IMG/VR virus record: IMGVR_UViG_3300032312_001008
Span: 3,894 to 67,893 of that record
DNA length: 64,000 nucleotides
Strand: one strand, 5' to 3'
Source: a virus
Below, in pieces: positions 9,023-18,820 of this stretch (position 1 is the first letter of the stretch; each line of letters begins with the position of its first letter). Both the position numbers and the translations under genes were made by a program. The notes under the pieces were generated by a model that saw nothing but the letters and a program-made list of their open reading frames with translations, did not search any database and was not told the origin of the DNA.

Positions 9023-9663
9023 CAGGCACAACTCAAAAGCCACACAAGTTCTTTGAAAGATTTTTAGATAATGATTTAGATAATCTCTATGGTTATTTGG
9101 AAAATAAAATTGATGAGATACTTGCTGGAACTTTATTTAATATTGATTCAGAACGTCTTTCTAAATTTAATAAGAATAATGGACCAGCAACACAACTTGG
9201 TTCAGAATACAATGTGTTTAATTTTGAGCACGAAGGACTAGATGCATTGCAGAATGCTCTTAGAGATGCGATTCAAGAAGCATGTAAATATTATGGTGTT
9301 GACTTTGAGGCCAGTGACTATAGGATTCATGGTTGGTACAACTATGATCAAAAGACTGAAGGCGGTTCAGGTGTTAATCCAGTAAAGAATGAAATGTTTA
9401 TGCATGATCATATGGGTGGAGAAGGTGCTCCATATTTTCATGGATACTACTGTGTTAATGCTGAACCTTCAATAACATATTATAAAATTAATGGTATAGA
9501 TCTATTTGAAAATCATAATAAAAATAATCGTGCAATTATTTCAGAAACAGGACATCCTCACGGTAGAGATGACTGGTATGAAGATAAACCAAGAATAACA
9601 ATTGCTTATGATATATCTCCATTTAATTTAGAAGAGCAAACGGACAAATGGATAAAATTATAG
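9019..9663 (+). CDS. putative Fe(II)/2OG dioxygenase, paralogue of upstream gene
   Basis: Shared PHKFFERFL N-terminus, HDH, FHGYY, GHPH, PRITIAYD; ATGA overlap. Confidence 0.7.
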   Translation: MTGTTQKPHKFFERFLDNDLDNLYGYLENKIDEILAGTLFNIDSERLSKFNKNNGPATQLGSEYNVFNFEHEGLDALQNALRDAIQEACKYYGVDFEASDYRIHGWYNYDQKTEGGSGVNPVKNEMFMHDHMGGEGAPYFHGYYCVNAEPSITYYKINGIDLFENHNKNNRAIISETGHPHGRDDWYEDKPRITIAYDISPFNLEEQTDKWIKL

Positions 9664-9791
9664 ATAAATTAATTTGCAAAGTTATTGGTCATTCTATTAT
9701 AACTCAAGAGTGCCCAGTAACTGGTGCAAAGTTATCACAGTGTAATAGATGTTCTCCGATTACACATTCATCCAATATGTCTTTTAGATAA
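9648..9791 (+). CDS. small Cys/His protein, 47 aa (MDKIIDKLICKVIGH...CPVTG...CNRCS...)
   Basis: Translated by hand; fills the gap before the terminator; CxxxGH...C...CxxC pattern. Confidence 0.65.
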   Translation: MDKIIDKLICKVIGHSIITQECPVTGAKLSQCNRCSPITHSSNMSFR

Positions 9792-9828
9792 CTCTACAGT
9801 TTACATTGAGGTAGAGTTTTGTTTTTTT
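9790..9828 (+). terminator. probable intrinsic terminator
   Basis: AACTCTAC/GTAGAGTT stem followed by TTGTTTTTTT. Confidence 0.6.
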
Positions 9829-9836
9829 AAAAACTC

Positions 9837-9845
9837 TGCTATACT
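9837..9845 (+). promoter_or_regulatory. extended -10 promoter TGCTATACT
   Basis: Upstream of SD GAAAGGA and the RNR start. Confidence 0.65.
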
Positions 9846-9882
9846 TAGGTCTTAATCCGTTTTTGAAAGGACGATACATATT

Positions 9883-11916
9883 ATGTCAGATTTTTTTAGT
9901 TTTAAACTTCCAGAGGACTTCGTAGAAAAGTACAAAGCACAAGAGAGCCCGTTTGGTTTTAAAGATGCAGCAGAAAACTCACTTGGAGAAATTACTTTTA
10001 TTCGTACATATTCTCGTATGAAGGAAGATGGAACTAAGGAAAGATGGCATGAAGTTTGTCGTCGTGTAATCGAGGGCATGTATTCTGTTCAAAAGAATCA
10101 TGCTAAAGAAAACCGTCTACCATGGAATGACTACAAGGCTCAAAAGTCTGCACAAGAAGCATTCCAAAGAATGTTTGAATTAAAGTGGACTCCACCAGGT
10201 CGTGGTATGTGGGCATTTGGAACCCCTATGACTATGGAGAAGAAGAATTCAGCAGCACTACAAAACTGTGCAATGGTATCTACAAAGGACCTTGATAAGA
10301 ATGATCCAGGAGCATTGTTTGCTTGGGTTATGGATGCATTGATGCTTGGCATTGGTGTAGGGTTTGATACAGTAGGACAGGATAAGAATTTCTCAATCTA
10401 TGCCCCAACAGAACCAGAACAGGTGTTCGAAATTCCAGACACTCGTGAAGGTTGGGTAGAGTCAGTCAGACTTCTAATCAACTCATACCTTAGAGCAAAT
10501 CAGAGCATTCAGAAGTTTAACTATGATTTGATCAGACCTCTTGGAGCGCCTATTAAGGGCTTTGGAGGCGTTGCATCAGGGCCTGCACCTCTTATCAAGT
10601 TACACGACCATATAGACCGTGTAATCGGCTCCAGAGCGGGTGAAACACTAGACTCTCGTGCCATCGTAGACCTTGTAAACCTTATTGGTACATGTGTGGT
10701 ATCAGGAAATGTTCGTAGATCAGCAACTCTTGCTTTAGGTAATGCTGGGGATGAAACATTCATGAATCTAAAGAACTCGGAACTATTCCCAGAACGTAAC
10801 TCATTTGATCCAGAAAATCCAGGTTGGGCTTGGATGTCTAACAATTCTATTTCAGCAGAAGTAGGAACAAAATATGAAGACTATGTAGATTTAATTACAG
10901 AAAACGGAGAACCAGGTTTTATCTGGCTTGATGTTGCTCGTAATTATGGACGACTAAAGGATGCGCCAGACGGTAAGGATTATCGTGTGATGGGATTTAA
11001 CCCATGTGCGGAGCAGCCATTGGAATCATACGAACTATGTACACTTGTAGAAGTGCACTTAAATCGTCATGAATCTAAGGAGGACTTCCTGCGTACCCTG
11101 AAGTTTGCATACCTTTATGGAAAGACTGTAACGCTTGTTCCAACACACTGGCCACAAACAAACGGTATCATGCAACGCAACCGTCGTATTGGTACATCAT
11201 TAACAGGTATCGCATCATTTGCAGACCAAAAGGGTTTGCCAATTGTTCGTGAGTGGATGGATGAAGGATACAACAAGATTCGTCACTATGACCATCAGTA
11301 TTCAGAATGGCTATGTGTTCGTGAATCAATTCGTGTAACAACAGTTAAGCCATCAGGATCAGTTTCAATTCTTTCTGGTGCAACTCCTGGAGTTCACTGG
11401 GGACCTGGAGGAAACTTCTTTCTTCGTGCAGTTCGATTTGGAAACACAGATCCAATGATGCACTTGTTCAAAGCAGCGGGGTACACAATTGAAGATGACG
11501 TAGTATCAGCAAACACATCAGTAGTTTATTTTCCAATTAAGTCAGGTCACCCAAGATCTGAAAAAGATGTAACACTATTTGAAAAGATTGCACTTGCTGC
11601 AACTGCTCAAAAGTACTGGTCTGATAATGGTGTTTCTGTAACACTTTCATTTGACAAGGAAACAGAATCAAAGCATGTGGTTCCAGCACTTCATATGTAC
11701 GAGGGACAACTAAAGGCAGTTTCATTCCTACCAATGGGAAACACTGTTTATCCTCAGCAACCATATACTCAGATTACTGAAGAGCAATATGAGTCATATA
11801 TTGGTAAGTTGAAGCATATTGATTTTAGTGCAATTTACGACGGTGTAGATAATCTTGAGGCTCAGGGTGAGGCTTATTGCACTACAGATTACTGTGAAAT
11901 TAAGATAGGAAAATAA
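9883..11916 (+). CDS. nrdJ: class II (adenosylcobalamin-dependent) ribonucleotide reductase
   Basis: FIRTYSR, PPGRG, LQNC, GNVRRSA, NPCAEQ catalytic loop, TVKPSGSVS, C-terminal CxxxxC; no beta subunit gene adjacent. Confidence 0.92.
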   Translation: MSDFFSFKLPEDFVEKYKAQESPFGFKDAAENSLGEITFIRTYSRMKEDGTKERWHEVCRRVIEGMYSVQKNHAKENRLPWNDYKAQKSAQEAFQRMFELKWTPPGRGMWAFGTPMTMEKKNSAALQNCAMVSTKDLDKNDPGALFAWVMDALMLGIGVGFDTVGQDKNFSIYAPTEPEQVFEIPDTREGWVESVRLLINSYLRANQSIQKFNYDLIRPLGAPIKGFGGVASGPAPLIKLHDHIDRVIGSRAGETLDSRAIVDLVNLIGTCVVSGNVRRSATLALGNAGDETFMNLKNSELFPERNSFDPENPGWAWMSNNSISAEVGTKYEDYVDLITENGEPGFIWLDVARNYGRLKDAPDGKDYRVMGFNPCAEQPLESYELCTLVEVHLNRHESKEDFLRTLKFAYLYGKTVTLVPTHWPQTNGIMQRNRRIGTSLTGIASFADQKGLPIVREWMDEGYNKIRHYDHQYSEWLCVRESIRVTTVKPSGSVSILSGATPGVHWGPGGNFFLRAVRFGNTDPMMHLFKAAGYTIEDDVVSANTSVVYFPIKSGHPRSEKDVTLFEKIALAATAQKYWSDNGVSVTLSFDKETESKHVVPALHMYEGQLKAVSFLPMGNTVYPQQPYTQITEEQYESYIGKLKHIDFSAIYDGVDNLEAQGEAYCTTDYCEIKIGK

Positions 11917-12521
11917 TGAAAATAATAGAAGGCTTTATTAGTAAAGAAGATCTTTTGACTGTTCAGGACTACCTTAGCACAATTGTTTTTAATACAAAAG
12001 ATGAGCATGTTCCACTTCATGACAACCTATTTGATAATGGCGCTCCATTTGACATTCATACTCGTGGAGAAATGCCAGATCATATACTTGAAATTTTTTC
12101 AAAGTATTCAAAAGGATATTATGAAGTTGTACAGTCAGAGAATTCAGAGGAGTATCATCCACCAATGTTCTCAAAACACTACATAGCAAGATACAGACCA
12201 GGATCTTTAGATGAGCCACACCACAATGAGCACACCAAACCAGAAGGAACTTATGTTTCTTATATTGTTTGGAAAAATGCGGACTCTGGTGGAGAGTTTG
12301 TATTTCCTAACTTAGAAAAAACTTTTTTACTTAATCCTGGAGATTTGATTTACTTTAAAGATACTGAAAAAAATACACACGGAATATCTGAAATCACTGA
12401 TGGATTTTTATTTTTATCTGAAGCATGGATGGGTAAAAAAGGTCAACTTTGGATGGAAAATAGGAGCACCTATGAAGAAGTAAATTGGAATGATTGGGAA
12501 ATAAAGGGCTTTTATGAATGA
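11916..12521 (+). CDS. prolyl-4-hydroxylase-like Fe(II)/2OG dioxygenase, degenerate motifs
   Basis: IARYRPG, GGEFVFP, PGDLIYF, HGISEI; HxD and the 2OG-binding Arg are not canonical. Confidence 0.65.
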   Translation: MKIIEGFISKEDLLTVQDYLSTIVFNTKDEHVPLHDNLFDNGAPFDIHTRGEMPDHILEIFSKYSKGYYEVVQSENSEEYHPPMFSKHYIARYRPGSLDEPHHNEHTKPEGTYVSYIVWKNADSGGEFVFPNLEKTFLLNPGDLIYFKDTEKNTHGISEITDGFLFLSEAWMGKKGQLWMENRSTYEEVNWNDWEIKGFYE

Positions 12522-13023
12522 TCAAATAAAAGTTGTTAGAGGTTTTATGGACCCAAAAGATGCAATGCTTGTTTCAGATTATGCGAGATCTGTAGATTCC
12601 TCTTTTACCGAGTTTGGTAATGGTGAAAAAGAATTTACATTTCATGCAAAATTTCAAGACTCAGACGTTCAAAGCCTTTTAAATTTTTATGGACAACTTT
12701 CTTTAAAGTTTGTAAGAGATAACTACCCAGGCCCATTTCATGATTATGACAGTTCTAAAACTCATATCGCCAGATTTGTTCAGGGCAATGGGATGCATGA
12801 ACATTTTGATTCTACAAAGCCAAATGATATAGCGACATTGATATACCTAAACAACGACTATGTAGGAGGAGAAATATACTTCCCAGACTATGATGTATAT
12901 ATTAAGCCTGATGCTGGAGATCTTGTGTGTTTTCCAGATACTCCAGATTTTCTCCATGGTGTTAAGCCAATAACTGAAGGAATCAGATATACGGCACCAC
13001 GATGGTTTACACGCATAGTGTGA
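12514..13023 (+). CDS. prolyl-4-hydroxylase-like Fe(II)/2OG dioxygenase
   Basis: HFD, LIYLNNDYVGGEIYFP, AGDLVCFP, HGVKPITEGIRYT: complete HxD...H...R signature. Confidence 0.88.
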   Translation: MNDQIKVVRGFMDPKDAMLVSDYARSVDSSFTEFGNGEKEFTFHAKFQDSDVQSLLNFYGQLSLKFVRDNYPGPFHDYDSSKTHIARFVQGNGMHEHFDSTKPNDIATLIYLNNDYVGGEIYFPDYDVYIKPDAGDLVCFPDTPDFLHGVKPITEGIRYTAPRWFTRIV

Positions 13024-13029
13024 TAAAAT
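13021..13029 (+). promoter_or_regulatory. extended -10 promoter TGATAAAAT
   Basis: Overlaps the upstream TGA stop; 9 nt before ATG 13039. Confidence 0.55.
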
Positions 13030-13038
13030 AGACTTATA

Positions 13039-16000
13039 ATGTCTAATCCATCAAACCTATATGCAGAGAAAATCTATGCAGAACATCCAATGGCTCTTTG
13101 GGCTTTAGATGATAAAGCAGATTACATAAGCCTTGTTGGAGAGTCAGATAGAAATGTCTTAAATTGGGATGTTTCTAACGGATCAAAAGAATCTTATTCT
13201 TTGTTCGATGAACCATTTTCAGAAAGTTCTACCACTAAAATAAAAGGAAATATTACATCTAACATATCTGGACAGGTTGTCTGTACCAGTAACAATATAA
13301 CAAACTTTAGCCTATTAAATAAAGAACTTGCTACATTTTCTATAGGTGCATTTATTAATTCTGTTAGCGTTTATGCTTCTAGTTTTGATATAGGGTACGA
13401 GTACTACGATACAACATCTGGAAATAAAGTTCAAAAATTAAAAAACTATCCAGTATTCTTGTATAACGAATGGGTTTTTATATCAGAAACTTTTGAGGTA
13501 CCAGAAGATAATACAGAATTTAGAATTGTTTTAAAGATAAATTATATTGGTGGTGCTCCAAACACAGAGGATTATACATTTTTGATTAATGGTGTAAGTG
13601 TTGGGCAATGGTCAGAAGAGTTTAACTCGTCATCTCTTGGAGTAGAAAAACTATTGTTACCATCAAACATAGCAATAGAAGAGTCATACGGAATAGAGGC
13701 AAGCGCCTACAGCCTTGAAGATAAAAAAGGTTACTACCTTATTTCAGAAAATAGCCTTATGGCAAAAAACACAGGAATACCTTTAGTTTATGGTGCTTCA
13801 AGCCTTACAAAACTTTTGCCAAATAAAAATCAGCAGGGAGAGCCAAAGCCTTCTTTAATTGTTCCAGGTCTTGGATTTATGGGAGAAGATGGTAAATATA
13901 AAGAATACACATTAGAAACATGGATAAGAATTAACTCAGACTCAGTTACAAAAAAGAGAATTATTGGACCAATTGGTTCCGATGATGGAATATATGTTGA
14001 CGGACCATTTTTAATATTAAAAATAGGTCAAAATTTTGGATCTTATTATGTTGGCGAATGGACAAGACCAATGTTAATGCATATCAGGCTTTCCGAAAAT
14101 AATGGATCTCTTCTTATAAATGGAGAAGAAGTTATATCTTTAACTTATCTTAGTTCAGAGTTAAACTTTCCTTCACGAATAATAAATAATAAAAACCAAG
14201 ATTGGATAGGATTTTATGCGTATGAAGATGTATCTCCAATAGAAATTGACTGCGTTGCAATATATACCTATCAAGTTCCAATTATTCTTGCCAAGAAAAG
14301 ATTTGTATACGGCCAAGGAGTTGAGTTTCCAGAGGGAATTAACCAGTCATATAGCGGTTCGTCTTTATATGTAGATTATCCATTTGCAGATTATACCAAC
14401 AATTATTCATACCCTACACTTGGAAACTGGTCACAAGGAGTAGTTGACAATCTTAGTACACAAGATAGACGTTTATCTACTCCAGACTACAGTCTTCCAC
14501 AAATTGTTTTACAGTCTGGATCAGTTCTTAATTTATATAACACATTAAAACTTCAACAAAATGAAAATGATATATTCTTTTCTTTTGGATCTAATAATCC
14601 TGGCTATATGTATTTTGAAGACCTAAATTTTTTAAAAGAAAACTTAAAATCATTTTATGGTTCTTTTAAGTTTTTATCTAATTCTTCAAACAAACAAATT
14701 TTGTTTAGGATAGAATCAAGAAACTCTTCAAATTATTTTGAAATATATTCTGAAGGACTTTCTGTTTTCTATAAATTAAATTATGCTGGATTTGAAACAA
14801 TAATTCTTTCTCTTTCTCCCATAGGTATAGGGGAATTTTTTGCTGTAGGTTTAGATATTGAAAAGTTTTCAAATTATTTTGGTGGAAACGTTGCATCATT
14901 TTTTGGTAATACAAATTCTTTAAGTTTTTATATTGGAGGAAATTCAATCCTAACAGAAACATTTACTGGTAAAATATATAAAACTGGATTTTGTACTTCT
15001 AGAAACCATAAACAAATAGAAAAACTATTTAATGAAAAGGGAATTGTTTTAGAAAATGACAGTGTTTTTCTTGAGTATTTACAGACTCCAGATGTAGAGT
15101 ATAACTCTACAGAAGATTATTTTGGTAGCAACCCAGCAGAATGGGATTCTTTAATTGATGGTGGCACAGCATCATATGATGGAAATCTAACTCTTCAATC
15201 ACATACTGCAAGTTACACTTTATCTCCATCTATATATTTTAATAACTATTATTTAGATATAGATATTCAAGGATACTGGGAAGACTATATACCTTTAACA
15301 TATTTTGCTCAGTATGTAAAAGATAAGAAAAATAAAAACTATTATGATTTAGATTTTATACAGTTTAACATCAACTATCCATCTCCTTCAATATTTGTAG
15401 AAGAGGAGCAGTTTGGATCTTGGACATATAAAGAGTTATTAGAAGAATATAGTTCTCCAGTTCAAAGAGATTACTCATCACTAGGAAATCAACTTTTTAC
15501 AAATTATTTAAATTATGATGATCTAAAAAACAGAGCATATAAAAATTACAAGTATGATACTGAAAAGTGTCTTGTTAGATCATATATAACGTTTCAGTAT
15601 ATAAAAAATGGAGCGAACCTTCCATCAGAAAACTTTATAAATATTGAAAAACCATCAAATGATTCTATAGTTGCTCCAAAAGAAAACTGGATGACAACAA
15701 AATATGAAGTTGTAGACAACATGATTATTTATCCTCCAGTTAATGTAAGTGTTTTGGATCTTGCAATAGTAACCCATTTAGATTTTAATGTAAAGGGAAT
15801 ACTTAAAAATAAAATTTCTTTGAGAAGTTTAGAGTACGCATCTCAAGCATTTAATGCAACTTCTACAAACCCAATAGGTACTAGGTTTGGTCAAGAAATA
15901 TATCCTTATAAAAAGTTAGGATTTTATTATGACTATAAGAGCAGAAACCCTTTTACAATTTATAAGGGTAGTTCTCCATATTTGTATTTAACAAGGTATA

Positions 16001-16752
16001 CTGGACTAGAATTAAAAGGTTCGTATGATCCATTAGAAAACCGTGGGTTGTCTATTCCAATTAATAAAGAAAAATCAGACAACTTTAAAGTTTTGGCAAT
16101 GCAAGCAGCAATAAGATATGACAAGGATGCTTTTCCATATGGATCTACAGAAATTTTTGAAATTGAGTCAAAAGACTATCACATAAAGTTTTATATGGTT
16201 GCAATACATCCAAGTGGTGAAAGAGCAAAAATTTATGCAGTCAATGCAAAGACTGGAAAATTAGAAACAAGCATAGACTTTTATTGGAATGGTAAAATTG
16301 TAAAGGAGCCAGTAATAACCATAAAAGAATGGGGCTTCCTTGGAATATCTTTTCCAAATCTTTTAGACTTTAAAAATAAAGTTGGTTTGCTCAATTTTAA
16401 TGGTCCAATAACTTTTAACACGGTTTCCTACTATCAGTCTACAAACCTGCAGGAGATTCAACAGATTCAAGTAAGGCCTTGGTTCTCAGTAGAAAATGCA
16501 CCACCAGAAACTCTTGAGTGGGACTACTGGGTATCTTCTAATTTTTTCTGGGAAGGTGTAAAAACTGTATCCTCAAAGAACTATTATGGAGTAAGCCCAT
16601 CTACTATTTATAAAGGATATACTGGAACAAACAAAATAATCATAGATAGCCCAGGTGCGCTGACTTTAAACAATATTAGGTCACAAACAGATTATGAGTA
16701 TCGCATATATTCTGGCATAACCTCTAAACTGATAACTACTACTGCTGTCTAA
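13039..16752 (+). CDS. large virion protein with LamG/concanavalin-like domains
   Basis: HPMALWALDD N-terminus, YTLETWIRI...LLINGEEV...IDCVAIY LamG-like pattern; 1237 aa. Confidence 0.6.
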   Translation: MSNPSNLYAEKIYAEHPMALWALDDKADYISLVGESDRNVLNWDVSNGSKESYSLFDEPFSESSTTKIKGNITSNISGQVVCTSNNITNFSLLNKELATFSIGAFINSVSVYASSFDIGYEYYDTTSGNKVQKLKNYPVFLYNEWVFISETFEVPEDNTEFRIVLKINYIGGAPNTEDYTFLINGVSVGQWSEEFNSSSLGVEKLLLPSNIAIEESYGIEASAYSLEDKKGYYLISENSLMAKNTGIPLVYGASSLTKLLPNKNQQGEPKPSLIVPGLGFMGEDGKYKEYTLETWIRINSDSVTKKRIIGPIGSDDGIYVDGPFLILKIGQNFGSYYVGEWTRPMLMHIRLSENNGSLLINGEEVISLTYLSSELNFPSRIINNKNQDWIGFYAYEDVSPIEIDCVAIYTYQVPIILAKKRFVYGQGVEFPEGINQSYSGSSLYVDYPFADYTNNYSYPTLGNWSQGVVDNLSTQDRRLSTPDYSLPQIVLQSGSVLNLYNTLKLQQNENDIFFSFGSNNPGYMYFEDLNFLKENLKSFYGSFKFLSNSSNKQILFRIESRNSSNYFEIYSEGLSVFYKLNYAGFETIILSLSPIGIGEFFAVGLDIEKFSNYFGGNVASFFGNTNSLSFYIGGNSILTETFTGKIYKTGFCTSRNHKQIEKLFNEKGIVLENDSVFLEYLQTPDVEYNSTEDYFGSNPAEWDSLIDGGTASYDGNLTLQSHTASYTLSPSIYFNNYYLDIDIQGYWEDYIPLTYFAQYVKDKKNKNYYDLDFIQFNINYPSPSIFVEEEQFGSWTYKELLEEYSSPVQRDYSSLGNQLFTNYLNYDDLKNRAYKNYKYDTEKCLVRSYITFQYIKNGANLPSENFINIEKPSNDSIVAPKENWMTTKYEVVDNMIIYPPVNVSVLDLAIVTHLDFNVKGILKNKISLRSLEYASQAFNATSTNPIGTRFGQEIYPYKKLGFYYDYKSRNPFTIYKGSSPYLYLTRYTGLELKGSYDPLENRGLSIPINKEKSDNFKVLAMQAAIRYDKDAFPYGSTEIFEIESKDYHIKFYMVAIHPSGERAKIYAVNAKTGKLETSIDFYWNGKIVKEPVITIKEWGFLGISFPNLLDFKNKVGLLNFNGPITFNTVSYYQSTNLQEIQQIQVRPWFSVENAPPETLEWDYWVSSNFFWEGVKTVSSKNYYGVSPSTIYKGYTGTNKIIIDSPGALTLNNIRSQTDYEYRIYSGITSKLITTTAV

Positions 16753-16754
16753 TA

Positions 16755-16763
16755 TGGTATACT
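16755..16763 (+). promoter_or_regulatory. extended -10 promoter TGGTATACT, likely leaderless
   Basis: 7 nt upstream of ATG 16771. Confidence 0.7.
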
Positions 16764-16770
16764 TTAGTAT

Positions 16771-17175
16771 ATGAATATGCAAGATCCAAGTAAAAAGAAG
16801 AAGTCATTGCCTAAAATGAAGGGCCAAGTGGGTGAGTCTCGTGCAAAAATTATCGAGAAGCACTACGATTGGGGTCTTTATGTATACAAAAAGGCTAACG
16901 GAAAGTGGTTTACAGATGGTAATGGTTCAGTCCTAAACATTGAATCTATGAAAGGTGACATTTTGCAGATTTCTAAACTTAAAGATGCTGCAAAATATTA
17001 CGGAGATGAAGGAGATGGCACATGTGTGTTTGTACCAGGCCTAACAAGAATTTCAGAAGAAGAATACTCAGAGCAAAAGCAAAGGTTGTCAGAAGGCTTG
17101 ATTCCTTCAATGAATGATCTTGGGGCAGTACAGGCAGCCAAAGATACTATTGCAAAATATGGAAGTGATGACTAA
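16771..17175 (+). CDS. hypothetical protein upstream of portal
   Basis: 134-aa ORF coupled to portal by TAATG. Confidence 0.7.
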   Translation: MNMQDPSKKKKSLPKMKGQVGESRAKIIEKHYDWGLYVYKKANGKWFTDGNGSVLNIESMKGDILQISKLKDAAKYYGDEGDGTCVFVPGLTRISEEEYSEQKQRLSEGLIPSMNDLGAVQAAKDTIAKYGSDD

Positions 17176-18782
17176 TGAGTGAAGACAGAGAAATTTTTAT
17201 TAGAGCAAAGACAGATACTCCACTTCCAGAAGATGACACTTTTACAAAGCAAGATCCATTTAATCAGTCTTGGGATGTAATTAAAGATTTGCAGGGACTT
17301 GACGCAAACTTCAAAAGAAGAACAACTCGTGTACTAAAAGGCGAAGCAACACCAGCATACATAGAAAGTTCAAGAGCAGAAAGCACAGGGCGTGATGGAG
17401 CAAAGTCTAAAGAAATTAACTCTGGAACTGTTTTTAGAAATGCCTATGGTCTATTTGATGTAATTACTCCGCCATGGAATTTGTATGAACTTGCAAGTTT
17501 TTATGATACATCATTTGCAAACCACGCAGCAATTGATGCTAAAGTTGAAAATATTGTTGGCTTAGGATATGAGTTTAAGGTTTCTGCAAGAACAATGCTT
17601 AAGTTAGAAGCATCAGAGCCAAAGACAGCAGAAAATGCACGAAAGAGAATTGAAAGAGCAAAAATTGAACTAAGCGATTGGCTAGAATCCTTAAATACAG
17701 AAGACTCATTTACTACAACAATGGAAAAGGTATTTACTGATCTTCAGGCAACTGGAAATGGTTATCTTGAAGTAGGAAGAACTGTTCGTGGTGATATTGG
17801 TTATGTTGGTCATATTCCTTCTACAACAATGCGTGTTCGTCGTCTTCGTGATGGATTTGTTCAGGTAATAGCAAACAAAGTAGTTTACTTCCGTAATTTT
17901 GGTGCAACAAATCCTAACCCACTTGGAACTGATGCTCGTCCTAATGAGATTATTCACTTTAAAGAATACTCACCACTAAATACATTTTATGGTGTACCAG
18001 ACATCATGTCTGCAATTGGATCACTTCACGGAGATCAACTTGCATCACAATACAATATTGACTATTTCCAAAACAAGGCAACACCAAGATATGTTGTAAC
18101 TTTGAAGGGTGCTAAGTTATCTGCTGAGGCAGAAGACAGGATGTTTAGATTCTTGCAAACTGGTCTTAAAGGTCAAAACCACAGAACATTATACATTCCT
18201 CTTCCAGGAGATTCTGATACTAACAAGGTAGAGTTTAAGATGGATGCTGTAGAGAACGGAATTCAGGAAGCATCATTTAAGGAATATCGCAAGCAGAACA
18301 GAGACGACATTCTTGTTGCACACCAAGTGCCTCTTTCCAAGATTGGTGGATCAGATTCGGCAGCAATCGCAGCAGCGCTTTCTCAGGATCGCACATTCAA
18401 AGAGCAGGTTGCAAGACCAGCACAAAGAAATCTTGAAAAGATGATTAATAAGATCGTAAAAGAAAAAACAGATATTCTTGAGTTTAAGTTTAATGAACTT
18501 ACACTTACAGATGAAATTGCTCAGTCACAAATTATTGAACGACTTGTTAAGACTCAGGTTATGATGCCAAACGAGGGAAGAGAACTTCTTGGTCTTCCTC
18601 AAATTGAAGGCGGTAATGAGCCATTTGATCCAAAGCCTCAAGACACAGCAAACGATAATGCAAAGAGACAAAGGGATACAGAAAGAACTAACAACCAGTC
18701 GGATGGACCAGCCACAGTAAGTGGAAGAAATCCAAAAGGCGAAGGTCGCAAATCTGACGATGTGTCCGATATGTCCAAATAG
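17175..18782 (+). CDS. portal protein (PBSX/HK97-like)
   Basis: DLQATGNGYLEV, EIIHFKEYSPLNTFYGVP, YFQNKATP, ILVAHQVP, MPNEGRELLGLP. Confidence 0.92.
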   Translation: MSEDREIFIRAKTDTPLPEDDTFTKQDPFNQSWDVIKDLQGLDANFKRRTTRVLKGEATPAYIESSRAESTGRDGAKSKEINSGTVFRNAYGLFDVITPPWNLYELASFYDTSFANHAAIDAKVENIVGLGYEFKVSARTMLKLEASEPKTAENARKRIERAKIELSDWLESLNTEDSFTTTMEKVFTDLQATGNGYLEVGRTVRGDIGYVGHIPSTTMRVRRLRDGFVQVIANKVVYFRNFGATNPNPLGTDARPNEIIHFKEYSPLNTFYGVPDIMSAIGSLHGDQLASQYNIDYFQNKATPRYVVTLKGAKLSAEAEDRMFRFLQTGLKGQNHRTLYIPLPGDSDTNKVEFKMDAVENGIQEASFKEYRKQNRDDILVAHQVPLSKIGGSDSAAIAAALSQDRTFKEQVARPAQRNLEKMINKIVKEKTDILEFKFNELTLTDEIAQSQIIERLVKTQVMMPNEGRELLGLPQIEGGNEPFDPKPQDTANDNAKRQRDTERTNNQSDGPATVSGRNPKGEGRKSDDVSDMSK

Positions 18783-18820
18783 TGATACTTCAATAAAAAA
18801 GGGTATATAATAGAATAACC

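Noticed and set aside
9792-9882. NrdR box or cobalamin riboswitch upstream of nrdJ
   Set aside because: No match to the NrdR palindrome seen, and the leader is far too short for a B12 riboswitch
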